Assembly (NCBI GenBank): GCA_951406725.2
Contig: OX597819.1
Span: 38,502,001-38,566,000, forward strand
Direction: 5' to 3'
Source: Octopus vulgaris
Taxonomy: Eukaryota
Length of the DNA: 64,000 bases
This document shows, one piece after another, positions 25,421 through 40,879 of the stretch. Position numbers and translations under genes: made by a program. The notes beneath the pieces were generated by a model. The model did not search any database, was not told the origin of the DNA, and worked only from the letters and a program-made list of their open reading frames with translations. Numbering within the stretch: position 1 is the stretch's first letter; every line of letters starts with the position of its first letter.

Positions 25421-27026
25421 ATGCCAACATCTTGTGATTGCAAAACAAACTTTTCAGTCACCCAGCCATATTTGCTCTCAATCTATCGCATAAACGTAGC
25501 CAGTTGAATGCTCCAAAGTACATGCCATCATCCAGATTCTCCTTACACGAACATTCTATTTTGAAAGCAGGTATTACTAGAGTAGTATTTGTTTATGAGG
25601 ATTAACATTGCTTTGTTGTCTATTTTCTAATTGTTAAGAGATAGGTTACATATTGTTAGGATTGAACTCAGAACAATAATTTCAAATGTAAAATTTTGGT
25701 ATGTTTATATCCATTATGTTGCATGCAATTATAAAAATTATTTATACTCAGTTGAAAAAAACGTGAAGAGAAACATTTTCTTAATTAGTTTTATTATATA
25801 AATATAACATTTTATATTATGTACATGTGAAAGGAAAGATAATTTTCGTCATGTATAAGTACGACTAGATATTCTATAGCTCATTCATAAATCTAACTAA
25901 TAGATTAATCAACAATTCAAAATAGACTTGTGATTTTCTTTGGACATGGCATGAAAATCACCAATGTCTCAAAGGCGTGAGTGTTGTGGAGTTCAGTTAC
26001 ATTCAACAAACACTAAAGTTTTTCCCAAAATCCAGGGTTTTTATAACTGCTCAACTTGACTTAAAAGAATCGAAATCCATTACAAATATTCTTTATGTAA
26101 CTTTTTAGAATCCTTATATGAGCAGTTATATTGACCAATGGAAAAAACGAAAATAATAATTCTTCGGCAATACGACATTACGTCATATTGCCAATTTGCA
26201 CCGTATTTCAAAATAGCTAAAATGGCTACTTGCTACACAATCCTATGTTAACTAAATGGAAATGTTCACATGTTTAGATCTGAAGGTGACTCAAATAGGT
26301 TCACTCATAAAGTAGTAAAGATAGAAACATAAAGATATTGTTAATATAAAAACACCAGATAAGCTTTGCATATATACAAACTATAAACTTTAATTACAGA
26401 ACCTAATTGAAGTTGCCAACATCTGGATGTCATTAAAATTATTAATAAAATACATATATGTCCTAGAATACTGTTTGTAAATGAAAATTTGAAATAGTGT
26501 AAGACTTGGTTAATTATATATTTATTTCTATTAAATGCTTTAAACTGCTCATATTCTATCGTCATCATCATCACTACCACTATTACCATCACCACCACCA
26601 CCATCAATACCTTAATGATTATCATCATCATATTTGTGTGTTCATTATTCCATGTTTACATGGTTTGGACAGGATCTCTAGCATAGCATCCTGCAAATTT
26701 ATCATCTCCTCTTTGAGGTTCTGCTTCCTGAGGTTAGCCTTCACCATTTCTAACCTATGTCTTAGCTGGTGTTTCTCTTCCACTGGTTCCTTCCACATCT
26801 GGTACTTCCTCACCCACATGTTATCATTCATATATATCTCCATACTAGTGTAGCTGTCTCTCATATACACCATGACCGATTCCTCTTATATCCAATTTAT
26901 CTCTCTGCTTTGTTCATGTACACTATCATAACACATTCATAAATGTGTGTATACATTCACTTGATACTTTTGATATATTTAAAAAAAGTCATTTGGTAAA
27001 ATTGACTTTTGTTGGTATCCTTTTAG

Positions 27027-27112
27027 GTTTGGTGCTTTTGAAGAATTCAAGAAACGCTCTGTGGATGAGAAGGGAAACTTGCCAATGAATAAACGATTGC
27101 TGTGTGGTTTAG
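27027..27112 (+). CDS. SLC25A1: Citrate carrier internal exon (86 nt)
   Basis: ttttag|g ... g|gtaaga; (R)FGAFEEFKKRSVDEKGNLPMNKRLLCGL(G); phases 2 and 1 fit both neighbours. Confidence 0.95.
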
Positions 27113-28169
27113 GTAAGATTCTTTTATAATATTCTAATTCTTTTTAAGAAAAACCTTTATAATTATAGAAAATAACTTCTATGTTTCTATATTCTATATT
27201 GATCATACACAATATATGTTCTGTAAAAACAAGAATATTTCCAAGAATATATTGACTTTTTTGTCACTAGGATGAAATTTGGAAAGAAATGGGATAAACT
27301 GAGCAAGATTATGATACTGTCTCTTCGATACCCTCCTTCAAGGAGCTCTTAAGGTTCTCCCATCCACTCCACAAGGTTTCATCTGGCAATGGTCCAATTT
27401 CATTTCTCCATGAATAATTGATTTTTGCAAGCAATGTACCTATTTATGTCAAGTTAATGATTCACCTGCAAATAGTTATCACCAATAGTTTGAGTTTGTT
27501 GTACATGTCCAGGTTCTGTTTGATGCCAACTGCAGTCATTTGAATGATTTGGTATTTTCTTGGAAATGCTTTCATGGGTTCACCACTTCTAAGGTGTTCA
27601 TGGTAGCTGGCAGTATCTCTATTGATGGCATTAGTCTTTACACAAAAAGAAGAATTGCAATTCAGATTCAAACAACATTCTGTACTTGTTTCACATGATT
27701 GTGTCAAACTTGATTGTTATATCATCTTTAGTGGCACAACTAGTACAGAGCTATAAAATAGATATCATAAACTCATCTGGAATCACAAATTTAAACAAAT
27801 TTTGCAATGTTTTATTTGTGCTTCTAAACTTCTGGAATCTTCATCATCATCCTTTAACATTCATTTTCCATGTTGGATGTTGTAAACCATGCAAGTCATT
27901 TATCAACCGTTTTAAGTAATAAATTTCACTATATTTAATTATATCTACCAATTTTATTTGAAAACTTTAGAGATGTTGAAAATTCAAGTCTGTTGAATGG
28001 TTTTAAACATATAGCAATCACTCTGTGTGTGTGTTTGTGTGTGTGTGTGTATACAGTGTGTATATTGGGGTTTTAGAACAAGTTCACCATATCTCTATGT
28101 TGTAAAAGGTTTGGTGTCAGTATTTTGAAAAGATATCTCAGCATGACTTAGAATATCATATTTATGTAT

Positions 28170-28610
28170 CTCTTATCTTTTACTTGTTTCAGTCATTGCA
28201 CAGTGCTGGGGCACTGCCTCAAGGGGTTTCAGTTAAGCAAATCAATCCTAGTACTTAATTTTTAAGACTGGTACTTATTTTATTGGTTTCTTATGCTGAA
28301 CAACTAAGTTACAGGAATGTAAACAAACCAACACTGGTTGTCAAGCAGTGGTAGGAGACACACACGCATGTACACACGGTCCTACAACTTTCTGGTTCTC
28401 CATCAAACTGTTCATCCATGCATGCCAAGATGGAAAGTGGACATTAAATGGTGATGATGATAGTAGACTTCTTTCAGTTTCCGAATCCATTCATAAGGCT
28501 TTAGTAAATCCAGGTCTATAGTAGAAGACACTAGTCCCAGATGCCATACTCTGAGACTGAACCGGGAACCATGTGGTTGGGAAGTAAACTTCTTACTACA
28601 CAGCCATGTA
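28170..28610 (-). mobile_element. tRNA-derived SINE (same family as 16320-16662), interrupted by an RTE tail piece
   Basis: ttttacttgtttcagtcatt ... gactgaaccgggaaccatgtggttgggaag; + strand catccatgcatgccaagatggaaagtggacattaaatggtgatgatga at about 28413-28462. Confidence 0.75.
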
Positions 28611-29769
28611 TTTGCTTTGTTGTGTGTATGAATGTGTTTGTGAGGTACAGGCATGGCTGTTTAGATATAGTTTGCTTTGTAACTGTACCGTTTCGGGTTC
28701 TATCTTATGAGCAAGTGTCTTTTATTAAAGCCTTAGGCTGACCAATGCCTTGTGAGTGAAAGTGAAATTGTATTTCAATTGACAACCTATGGTTAGTCAA
28801 AAAGTGCTTCCATTTTTATCTCTGTTGAGTGGGTTAAGAGCTTGACCTGTTAAACTTTCCTTTCCTTTCCTTACAGATGTTGAACTTATAAACATTCTAT
28901 GAACTCCCATTTAGATTAATTTTTGTGATGCGGACTCTCACCAGTCCTTCAAATTTGCAACTTTATTATTAAACTTTTATTTTTTTAAGACTGCAAATGA
29001 AAAATTATTGTAGTATGTCTGTTTAATTAGTTAAAGTGTAACGTTAGATTTCCATTGAGGAAGATATGACTTTTTCTTCTCTTGAATTTTATTTTATACC
29101 AATTATAATAAGTAATCTTTTAGATATTTCTTTATATTACAAAAAATGAACAAATGATTCACCCACCAACAGATATTGGTTATAGATTTGTAACTTTCAA
29201 ACACATGCAAATGGGTCTTCAGTCTGCAAAAGATTTCAACTAATTAAAAAAAAAAGAATGAATTCTCAACCTTCCTATACATAATTTAACTGAATATATG
29301 CATGATAACCTCTTCACCTCAGTCTATCATGTATGCTATTGGATATATATATATGTTAAAGACCTCAGCTGGTAATTCAACATCATATCAACTCACTCTA
29401 TTGTTTATATCAGTTTGTCTTAGTTTACTAATATGTAAATAATGTACAATGATTAGTTGTTTGCTAATGAAGTTCACATTTGTTTCTTTGTTACATGCAA
29501 AGTTTACTTATATGTCATGTAAAGTTACTGGATTTCGTCAACTATATAAACAATCAGGTTTTTCCTCAGCTTGTTGCACACACGTGTATTGATTTGACAT
29601 TCCACCTTTTTGTTACATGTCCATATATCATGAGTTGTAATTTCCTTTAAAATATCATATTACTTATGAGGAACCCAATTTAAAACCGAAATAAAAAGAA
29701 TAAAAACCAAAAAAAAAATGAACCTCTGCTTCCTAGACTCCTAATTTGTAAGCCAACAGGCTTACTTTT

Positions 29770-30110
29770 TATTTTAATAGCCAGTGCAGAGGAAAGAAAA
29801 GGAGTTCTAATGAGATTGATATGATTAATGTCAAGTTGAACATTTCTAAGTTGACATCAGCAAAGAGGACATGGATGGGGAGGGAATCTCTGATATTTTT
29901 AGTTCTGGGAAGGAAATACAGATGGCTACAATTTTGAGAAAGAATAGTTTGATGAACATAATTTTTAGTGCTAGATCTGGGAAGTGATATATACAGTGTA
30001 GTACCAGTGATAAGAGGAAGAACGTCTGGTGTGTTAGATAGTCCTGAGTAGAGGAAATATGAAGCTAACTGCTTCAGTGGAGCAGACAAGTCCACTATAG
30101 TTATGATGAG
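29770..30110 (-). mobile_element. Decayed 3' end of a CR1/L2-group LINE
   Basis: YFLPRTKNIRDSLPIHVLFADVNLEMFNL resembles the terminal SF.PRT...WN.LP..VFP...NL..FK motif. Confidence 0.5.
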
Positions 30111-32008
30111 ATAGTCAGATAAGAAATGGTCTGTTTCCGAGCCATTTGAATTATATCAATCTTCTGAACAATTCATCTTCAGAAACAATCTAGAAAGTGT
30201 GTGCATATGTGTAGCAGTAGCACTGTCTCAGTTATGTTAGCAGTCGGTCATAGTGGGTTTTACTTGAGTGGTTGAGTCAGCAACCAATAAGAGCTGAAGT
30301 ATTTTCTGGAACTGAATAGGGCATCAGTTTTGACATTGTTATATGTGTGGGGTTGTCATAGGTTGAGGCCTAGCATACGAGAGTGTGTGTGTATATTAGA
30401 GGAGAAAGTCATAAACACATAAGAGGAAGCATGTGAAAGGACATAGCCAAAATGTTGAGGTATGCTACAGTTGATAACATGGTTTGAAGAAAGCCCTGTC
30501 AGCGTATGTAGTAATGAAGTATCCTAATCATTGCAATGAGACAAATGAATAAGCAGCCAGTTAAGGTGGGAGGTTCTCTTGTCAGTTTTAATCAAAGGTT
30601 TGGCTTATGTTATGGGCAACAACACATTTTCATAGAAATTCTCAAGACTGAGAGACCATTAATGTATGACATAGAAGACCAAGTTTTCTGTTGATTAACT
30701 GACTCTTTAGAAGCTATAGTGGTGATTACTGAAAAGAGACACAGACTCAGTTATGAAGGAGGTGATTACATATAAACAACTATCTCCATCATCTTTAAAA
30801 TGTTGGAAGTAAGTTCAGTAGCTCAGCAATTAGCAGGGTTGAAGAGGTTGCCCTTGTGACAAGGTTAGGAACATCAATTTCAAGATAGATTGAAGTTTGG
30901 TAAGGATGGCTGCAAGCTCTGGAAAAGTTTGCTTGTAAGTAATAGGAGCAGTGTTGTCATGACTATTCTTGCATGTGAAGTTGGAAGTGAAGCATTTAGC
31001 TAATATAATGGCTTTACTTAAGGGAGTATATCTGTGATTTAATTTTGATATAAGAATAAAAATGTTCATTCTACAAACATTGCAACCTAAATATTTGAAT
31101 AATGTGGTTTGAAGAGGAAAGCCAACTGATTAGAATATTTAAAGTGCTTTTTAATCTGAGGCGGTGTTTCTTAATTTTGTTTCATTGAATGCCCTCCTAA
31201 AACATTTAGGTGCTTATGACTGACTCCACATTTATCCTGATATATAAAAAATAGTCACTGTAATTAAAATAACTATATTTCTCACTATCCTCTTTATAGC
31301 TCTCCTAGGAACATGCCTGCTCTCCTAGAAACATGGATCAGAACCATTGATCCAAGGCAGTGGTTCTGGAATTAACAAATGCCAGTTCCCCACTTTATCA
31401 ATGGAAAGACAAAATAATTTGCATCCATATCAGTTTTCTTTCTGTGTCCTAGTAATGGACAAGTTTAAACAGTTTAAGACCATTAAATTTATGAAGCATG
31501 ACTATCTACCCTCTTCTCTGTCTTCACAGGTCCCTGTCAAAAATAAGAAACATTGATATAAAATATATGAACAATTCATGGATAATTGTCATGTTTAGTT
31601 TAATTTAAGAATATTGGTTTAAAAGAAAAACTTGCACGGATGATTCCAGAAGGATGTCGACCTTGGAAACAAGTACTGGAAAAGTAATTAATGTGTGTGT
31701 GTTAGGGGATGTGATGTAGTAGGGGTGATTATAGATATGGTGTGTGGGATAAATGGATTTAGTTGGTAGTGTATAGTTAAGAGATCTAGTGATGGAAGAT
31801 ATACATGGCTTGATGATGGGCAAGTTGTTGAAGGCTGCTAATGAGTAAAGATTTGTATCTCTGAGTGGTAGCTAGAATATTCCTGTTATGTGAGCATTTT
31901 TTTGTAGTAAATTTATACTTTGTACAGGATCAGTAGCTGTTTGGAGGAGCTAAGGTATTTTCTATTCCTGAAAAAAATCTGTATATGATCACTATGAAAG
32001 TTATGGTT

Positions 32009-32055
<47 letters not shown>

Positions 32056-34205
32056 TCAATATGGAAAGTTATCTGAGATTGTTTACTATTTGAGATGATT
32101 TTTAACTTCATTTCTCAAGTGTGATAAGGTTAGGTCTTTTAAGCATTTTGTTGCTGTTTAATTAGGATATGGATTCATTACACGAAAATTTTTAATTGCT
32201 CATCATTGTGCTCAATAAAGTTGAACCTCTTTTCTTATTGCATAATTTACTGTATCCATTTTTTTTTCTTGAACCCTCAACTCCTCAGGGAGCTTATAGG
32301 GTTGCTGTCATGATAAATAGTATGTCTTGGTGTTTTAAACTTGGTGCATCCCATCCCTCTCCAGGTTTGAATACAGCTGATTTCTTGCAAAGAGAGGAAG
32401 AAGAATTAACTGTAGTACTAAACTAGTACTTTATTTATCAACATTAAAAGGTCGAAAGACAAAATTGATCTCATCAAAATTTGAACTTAGAGTACAGAGA
32501 GCCAGAATGACTACTACAAGGCATTTTATTCAACTCCCTGATAATTCTTTCACTTTACTACATAACCATATGAAGGCTCACAATACATACACTGTGTCTG
32601 GTTTGTTATTCTGTGGAGAATAGTTATCAGTACCAACCAATGTGATTTGGTATCTTATATCTGATGGACAGATTCTTCTGTAATTCTAATAAATAATCCA
32701 GAAAATAATCAACTGTTTTTATATATCCTTGTTGCTTGTGGTAATCGTTTATTTTTAATTATCTTACATTATGTTTTGATCAGAACTACTCTAAATTCTT
32801 TTCTTGTTCTTCATATTGTATTTGTGGGAACCATTAATTGTTTGATTTGCTTTTGAAGATCATCCGGTCTGGTTAATTTCTGAAGGATGCATGAAGAAAA
32901 TTCATATTGATTCAAACTATGAAACAAAATTAGCTCACTGGTGAAGTGATTATGAATCATACAATTACTGTTAAATTTTTGAGTAGCTTTATTGAGAATC
33001 ACAAGCTAGAGCTAAAAATAATTGGGAATTAATGCAATAGAGTAATAAATAGGAATGTGTAAGAGATCAGAAAAATATTAGATTCTAGTATAAAATTATC
33101 AACTAAAAATAAAATTGTAATTTCTTTTTTATACTAATTTAATTTGTTATGTTCATACTAATATAGTTAAAATATTTTGTAAACCATGCCAGTTTTAAGA
33201 CATACCGTGAAATTGAGGTAATAATTACTTTTTGGCTTAGTTGATTAAGGTAAAGTTGCATTATACTTTCTTATCAAATTACTTGTAAAGATTAAATTTA
33301 GTGGAATCTATCCATTAAACAATAAGTGAAAATAGCTTGTAATGTTTTCTAATTATTGTTGATAGTCTTGTAGAGTAAAAGATACATGTTCCTGGTGAAT
33401 TAGGTACAAGCAACTCTTGTTGAAAGCGATTCGTTCATATTTCGAATGTTGTACAGTGTTGTCACCTCTCTTGCAACTTTAAAACTATATTCTAAAGTAA
33501 GAAAGGAATTTTAATGCCCACCCCACCTAAAGTACAGAACTCAAACTTTGGTTGTACAATTTTGAAAGAAAGAAACCCAATATTCCAAATGGTTTTATAA
33601 ACTCGTTATCACAATCTGGAAACGTTGAAAATTTAACACATTTCTTGAATTTTTTCTACCACTTTAGGAATAAAATTAAAGGTAATAATTTATTTTGTTG
33701 GTTTTTATTTACAGTATTTTATTTGGCTTGTTTTTACTTAGATTTTGAATTTTTAGTATATTACTTAATAACACTAAATGTTTTTGATTTATCTGATGTT
33801 GAGTGGAGACTCCCCCCCACTTTTTATATCTAAACTCCTGTTCTATTTACTTTGGTTCAGTTTAATTTTTATTAAATCAAGTTTGCGTTTAACTTTATAT
33901 ACTCTGTTTCAATGACTCTAATAACCACACATATTAAAACGCCTAATGCAGTTATATGTAATTAACAAATTCTTTTCTTTCCAAACTGTTTCAGTCTGTT
34001 ATTTGATTTGTAGCTTGGTTAGGTTCCTAACATGTATTTTTCTGGAATCCATGGAGTGATACCAGTTGTATCTTTGTTTGAGACAAATAGTAAAAATGAA
34101 AGAAAAACATATATTGAACAAGTGTATGGCACCACAATCTAGCTAGTTTTATAACCCCAGCAACAGCAGCAGTTTAATTTTTGGAGGAATTGTATATAAC
34201 ATAAG

Positions 34206-34743
34206 TATAGTAATGCCTCAATATATGAGTTAATTTGTTCCTGGAGACTGCTCGTAAAGCAAAAACTCATAAAGCAGGGCAATAATTTCCCCATAGTAGC
34301 AATGTTATAAATCATAATTCATTCCCAGAAAAACATTTTACCTATAACATTTATAATACCTGTAAATAAATGGCAATGAAACAACAGTAGCATGTAAAGA
34401 ATATTTTATGTAATGTAAAAACAATGTCAAGATCATTTATAATAAATATTATTATTATAACCATTTTCTGAATTGCTTTGACTTGCATCACTTGTAGACA
34501 CAATCACTGATTCACAAGCACTCACAGACGGACATGTAGATTTCTTTTTAAAAAACAAGTCTAGAGTTGTTTGTTAGAAGCTTTTTTTCACTCTATAAAT
34601 GTCTCAGTAACATGCAGAAGCATTTGTTATGGTAGCAGAAACTTTTGCACATCATTCAATATTTGGATCTTGTGCTTGAAAAATAAAACTCTTAAACTTG
34701 GTGTCGTGTAAAGCAGGTCCTCGTAAAGTGAGGTATTACTGTA
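34206..34743. mobile_element. pogo/Tigger-like non-autonomous DNA transposon (MITE)
   Basis: Imperfect terminal inverted repeats ta-tagtaatgcctcaatatatgag / ctcgtaaagtgaggtattactg-ta, TA flanks, subterminal ctcgtaaagc repeats. Confidence 0.7.
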
Positions 34744-35479
34744 ATGTATTTTAGTAGTTGCCTATGTGGAGAAATTTGTGAAATGTGTAGCCTCTAAATG
34801 TTGGTACTGTTTAGATGACTTGTCAGAAGTAGTAATGTTTCACGATAAATGTAGTGCAGTGTTTAGTTTTATATCTACATACCCTGGATTCAAATACTGC
34901 CCATCTGTGTTTTTTGCCTTTCATTCTTCCATGTTGATAGATTCAGGTCACAACAGTGTACACCCATCAAAAATTTGCTTTGTTTTATAAATAGATAAAT
35001 ATTGACATTAGTGTGCTGGGGTGTAATTAGATAACATCCCAGGACGACAAGTCAGTGAATTGATTTTGATTTCTGGCTGTTAATATCCATGAAAACCATC
35101 CAGTCCTATTACCATGATATATAATTATTCTGTTGTTTTCTGTTTAATTAATAAATCCATATTTATTCAAGCTAACAAAGAAATATCACTCTGCTTGCTA
35201 GAAACCTCCCTTAAGTTACACCTTACTGTTTATAATAATAATGATAAAAATTATGAATTAAATCATGTAGTGCCTTGAATAACAAAAGGTGGGATTGTTA
35301 CATTAGAATGCCTTGGATCATGGTGTTTTATAAGTCCCTTATTGAGGTATTTGCTTTACATTGAGTTAGACATTCCCTTATCATTTTCATCATAAATACA
35401 ATGACCCAATGGAAAATGGGACCAAGTTGTTGTTTTAGTTTTCTTAATAATGTACAATACCTTCACTTTAATTGAAAAA

Positions 35480-35850
35480 AAAAAAGTCTGCCTGTTCTTT
35501 AGATCGAATGTATATAACTTGAGGGTGCTCAAGATTGACCAGTTCTGTGGTGCAGAAGCTACAGTAGTAGTTGTAAAAATAACACAGAGGAGAGGAAGTT
35601 TACTTGAGCCAGATGTTGAAGTGTGTTGGTAACTTTGACAATCAGTTGGGTGACTATTTCCTGGCTGCCATTCTAGGATGTTTGTGTGCAGCAGCAGTAC
35701 TGTCCCAATGTGCGTCTCACTTAAAATGTCATATAGGAATAATTGTCGTGAGGGGTTGAAGTATTTTCTAACCCAAATGAAGCCTTGTCTTTGTGATGCA
35801 GTCTTTGTTACAGTGTGAATGTGAGATGTTAGAAATAGCAACAAATGCCT
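35480..35850 (-). mobile_element. Decayed CR1/L2-group LINE, post-RT region
   Basis: HIHTVTKTASQRQGFIWVRKYFNPSRQLFLY resembles HI..IAK.ASQKLG.L.R.R.YF.P..LL.LY. Confidence 0.55.
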
Positions 35851-37185
35851 CTCTAAACTTATTTAACTATCAAAATATGGAACAAAAACAAAAATACTGT
35901 TACTCATCTATCTCTAGTCTCTTCATCCTTTAATCTTCACTTTCTCCTCTCTTTTCCCTGCTCTCTAACTTTATTTTTTTCTCTTCCCTAGTATGATTAA
36001 TTCTCCCTCATTCATGGTAGCACAGTTGGTTCCACCTCCTTTCACATGAAACTGCCAAATATTCTATGAAGGTTATCTAGTTAATTCTACAAAGGTTATC
36101 TAGTTATCTCCTCACCTTGTTGAATATTGTTGCTATCTTGTTATTTAGCCCAGGTTAGTAATGATCAAGCAAACCTATGATCAAATATGCTCCAGCCATG
36201 ACCATGATTTTTATTCAATATATTTAAAACTATATCATCCAAAATCTGCATTTTTTAAAAGAAAGGTTTGACTGCTATTTCTAGCAGGTGTAACACCTAT
36301 TGATAAGCTTCATTGTTGACTCATGTTAATTATGGTTGGTGTTATTATTTAGCCCCAGGTGGGCTCTGAATGAACAGACACATGATCAAAAGCTTTCCAA
36401 CTGACCATTCTGTCTTTATTTTGGGCAATGTATCTAGGATTATGCAGTTAGTCTCCATACTCCCAACACTTTTTTAAGATGATAGGGTATGATTTAAAGG
36501 ATGTTTGGTTGCTATTTCTAGCAGATTGAGTATCCACAGAGAAGCTTCTTGATTTTTCGTGGTGAATTATGTCAGCCACAAAGCACACATAGTATGATAG
36601 AAGGAGCAATTTTTTTTTTACTTAAACCACCACTACTATAATCCATTATCCTGGGCAGCTGTTCTTTTATAATCCTTTTCACGTTCTTTTGGCAAATAAC
36701 AGGAGAAATAAGAACGAAGAAAAGAAATAAAATTCAAACAAAATGGAAGAGTAGGAAATGGAATGGGAAATTATGCAATTCATAATAGGAAGGCATAACT
36801 AAGCAGACAATAAAATGAAATAACTAAAGGTTTGTGGCCTTGTGCCAAACCAGGAAATAATTATTTTAGAATTTTTTTCTGTCTGAAGTTTGTACAGTAT
36901 TTTTAGTATCTTTTACTGCTACTTTGCTTGTTATTCTTCTATTGTTTTATTGGCTTCAATTGTTTGACAAAGGCACAGCTCCCCAAGGGCTTTGTGTAGA
37001 TTTTATTGGACCCTCTATCTTGTCTGATAATCTGATATACACTTTATCAACCTTTGTAAGGACGAATGCTAAATTGACCTTAGAATAAATGGATGTAACT
37101 AACCTTGAGGTATTTTGTTTTCAAATTGTATTAATTCTGCCATCTCTATTATAAATATACGCACACACACTATTATTATTATTAT

Positions 37186-37658
37186 TGAGTGAGAGAGCAG
37201 TGCATGCCATCAAAGTGACACTGGAGTAAAATATACGAAACCCAGTATACCCGTCATGACTACCCATCTGATAAAGATACACCAGGCTCATGCATCACAA
37301 CCATATGTGCGCAGCATGGTGATCTCATATCAAGATAAACAGCGCATGACCTTGCAGGTGAGGGCCCAGTTAGAATTTTCTTCAGGTCAAGTAGCCCATC
37401 TTGCTCAAAAGTTCCCTGAATAAAGGTTATTTAAGGATGTTGAACGACACACCCATGTTTCCAAAGGTGAATTATCCAAACCCCAAAGAATTCCTCTCAG
37501 CATATGGCTATGATGCTTCCCCACTACTTCTGCTTGTGACCAGAGATGCACATATCATTACCTACTCAGGGACACGCTCAATTGGTTAAGGTCAAACAAC
37601 TGACAAGCATATCTGTGGTACTGAGCAGAGTATTTGCTGTAGCCCATCTTTTATATCA
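37186..37658. repeat. Interspersed repeat embedded between (TTA)n and (TTG)n/(TTA)n tracts, possibly the UTR of a microsatellite-targeting non-LTR element
   Basis: GC-richer block with sharp ends, flanked by tattattattattatt and ttgttg...ttattatta. No diagnostic ORF, so family assignment is weak. Confidence 0.4.
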
Positions 37659-37699
37659 TTTTGTTGTTGTTGTTGTTGTTGTTATTATTATTATGTTTT

Positions 37700-38040
37700 G
37701 TGTTCAAATCCTGCTAAGGTAAACTTTTTCATCCATTCTTTTGGGGTTGATAGTATTGATTAATCTCCACCCTTTGAAATTGCTAACCTTGTGCCTAAGT
37801 CAGAAAGCATTGCTATTATGTTTAAGATGGCAAATTGGCAGAACTGTTAGTGTTGGACAAAATGCTTTACTGTATTTATCCTGGTTCTTTACATGTCTGA
37901 GTTAGCTCCAGTCAGAGTTCACTTTGCCTCTCATCCCTCCAAGGGGTCGATAAGATAAAGTACCAGTCAAATGCAGGGGTTAGTGGTATCATCTATTCCT
38001 CTCCTCTTAAAATTTCTGGCCTTCTGCTTCAATCAGAAAC
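37700..38040 (+). mobile_element. Two tandem Nin-domain-like SINE copies
   Basis: gttcaaatcctgct...tttcatcc and actttgcctctcatccctcc..ggggtcgataagataaagtaccag. Confidence 0.7.
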
Positions 38041-40544
38041 TCTTATATTTGAATAAATTATATATTATTATCTGCATTCTGTTGCTCCCTTGTACATGTC
38101 AGCAGCTTATCTATGATAGAATTTAACTTCTATTAATTGGACATTATGTCTTTCTTTTCTGTGAGAATTACATTTAACATCTAATTTGCTAATGCGGTTC
38201 ACAATCTTAGTATTAGAATTACAGCCAAATGACAGGAATCTTACTGAACTTCTTGTGCAACCAATGTTTACTTCTCAACACTGAAATCCTAACTGTTCTA
38301 GGTTTATTTAAGATATATCAAAGTTTTTTATTATCTGTGACTATATTTGTTGTGTAAGCGTGTGTATCATTTGTACTTGTGCATGTATGTGTATTATAAA
38401 ATATTTTGACTAATAAGTAATAATTTATTCTGATTTTTGTTCAAGTTTTCAATTTTACTTCTGGAACCCAGCTAAATAATTTGAACTTCAAATACTGCCT
38501 ATCTCTTTTGTAAATAAACACACAATTGTATGCATGAACTAATTTATTTGACTGTCTTCTCAACTCCTTTGTGTGTTTCACAATACTTTGCTATTTTAGT
38601 TAATATTGATGTTTACTGAAGGTAACAAATACAAAAACATGAACACCTCTTCACATTACTGTATAGTTTTAGTTGATAATGCCATAAACAAATCTGGGAC
38701 AAGGTCTACTCTCTCAGGGTTAGCAAACCATTTCATATTTGAAGGCCAGATAGAATAAAGTGTAATGTAATAAGGCTGCATTAAGGAAAATTAAAAATAT
38801 AAACCAGCATTTTTAATGACATGCAAAAGATGTGATTTTTTTTTTTTCCTTCTTTGCTTTACTGGATTGTGATAATTGATGTCAACATTGAGGCATTAAG
38901 ATATTTTTCTTATGCATATTCATTATTAGGGATCTTAAGCATACCTCTATTTTTTTAATGTAAAACATTAACTTCATTTAGGACTGTGTTTTTCCTTAGG
39001 TTCTTAAAGACTGCATATGAAATTAAGGTCTTAGGTTCCTCACCTTTGATCTACATGAACTTGAAGTGAATCTTGAGGGCAGTGCAAATATTAAGACTAG
39101 AAAGCCAAGAAATGTAATCTCTATCTGCCATAGTTAAGACAGGACAGGGTCAAGAATATAAGTAACTGTAAGAGATATTAGATTACATATTTACACACTG
39201 CATAGTGAATTTGTATATGACTATTAGTTGATAGTGAATTAATTACTCTTTTACTGTAGATCATCTATTGTTCAAACATAACTAACATGATCCCAATCAT
39301 TTTAGCCTTTATGACTGGTTTTAAGCATCTTTACAAACAGTCCATTACTAGCAACATTAGCACTTCAAACTTAATGACTATTGTTGTTACTTCTAGCATA
39401 ATGTTAATTAATTTGCTATCACAAAATTAATGTTAAAAAAAATGCTATCCTATATTCCTGAATTCAAACAAACCATTAATATCACCTGGTTATATCTGTA
39501 CCTTGTTTAAGAAATTCCAAAGGAAGTTCTATCTCTTTCTCGGACTAACTAATCAAAACAGAAATAATTTTTAGCTTGATTACTAGCCCTCTTGATTACC
39601 ATTATCTCAGAGTGCTTGAGGTTTATAACTTCTTATGAAATCATCATTTTATAATGTGGGTTAAGGAAGAGTATTCAATTATATTTATAAGGTACTTTTA
39701 CAACACCTATTTAAATCACCAGTCAAGTTCCAAATATTGAATCTCTTTAGTCAAATATTGTAATCCAGTTTTGATGTTTGTTTTGGCTTGCAATGCTGGG
39801 TTCTGTTCATCCCCTTTTATCAGTAAGTATTGCAGGAATACCTACCTATAGTATATAGCTGATAGGTGTTCCCCTAGGAATACCAGCATACCATGTATTA
39901 TAGGTATTCTGTCCATTTAATAGTTGTTTTCTCATCTACAGCAGAAAACTAGAAATTATTACTGGATCTGTGGATCCTTATGACTCAAAATGATTTTTTA
40001 AAAAATTACTATTGATTACATGGCTTCATGTTTGGACAAACCGTACAGCATCTGTGCAAGAGTTTTATGCCATAGACTTGGATTAACTAAAGCCTTGTTA
40101 GTGAAATTTGGTGGACGAAAATTAGGTGGTAAACTTGTTATCTGCTTAATCATCAACTGACCCTTAGATATCTTTAGTGGAGTTGACTTTGTTGCAAGTA
40201 CTTAGACCAGATTTCTGGTCTGAAGATAACATTGTCTTTTCTTCTTACTGGTTTCAGAACCCCTAAGCATTAAAAAAAAATATTCCACAATCCTCAATCA
40301 GAACAGATGAAGAAAATTTAACTGAACATAAAGAAAATAATTTAAAAGCATTTAGACTGACCAAAATACCAATCATGTTTACTGATCCATATATACTGTT
40401 ACAGCATCAGATTTGTCTTATCTTTTAAGTTTCATATTGCCTTAATCTATCTGATGGAACCCAGTTTTGTAACTTTTAATACATTACAACTTGAATGGCT
40501 ACTATAACAAATATATAATTCCTTTATTGGATATATTTTCTTAG

Positions 40545-40682
40545 GTGCTGGTGTGTCTGAAGCAATATTAGCAGTTACTCCAATGGAAACTGTTAAAGTA
40601 AAATTCATCAATGATCAGACCTCAGCCAATCCAAAGTTTAAAGGTTTCTTCCATGGAGTAAGTCAAATTATCAAAGAGAAAG
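40545..40682 (+). CDS. SLC25A1: Citrate carrier internal exon (138 nt)
   Basis: ttcttag|gt ... g|gtatgt; (G)[45 protein letters not shown](G); carrier motif PMETVK. Confidence 0.97.
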
Positions 40683-40879
40683 GTATGTTTAACACTTTGT
40701 CTTTGCTCATATGATACCATGAAAATTGATTTATGATATTTACTTTAAGTAATTCAATTTAAGTTTGTCTCTTATGTTTATCTTACAAAACCAGTATTTT
40801 TGTCATTACTTCTTTGTGAAAAATGTCTGAAATATCATGCTGTACAACTATAATTTTCCAACTAATATTTTGCTTATAG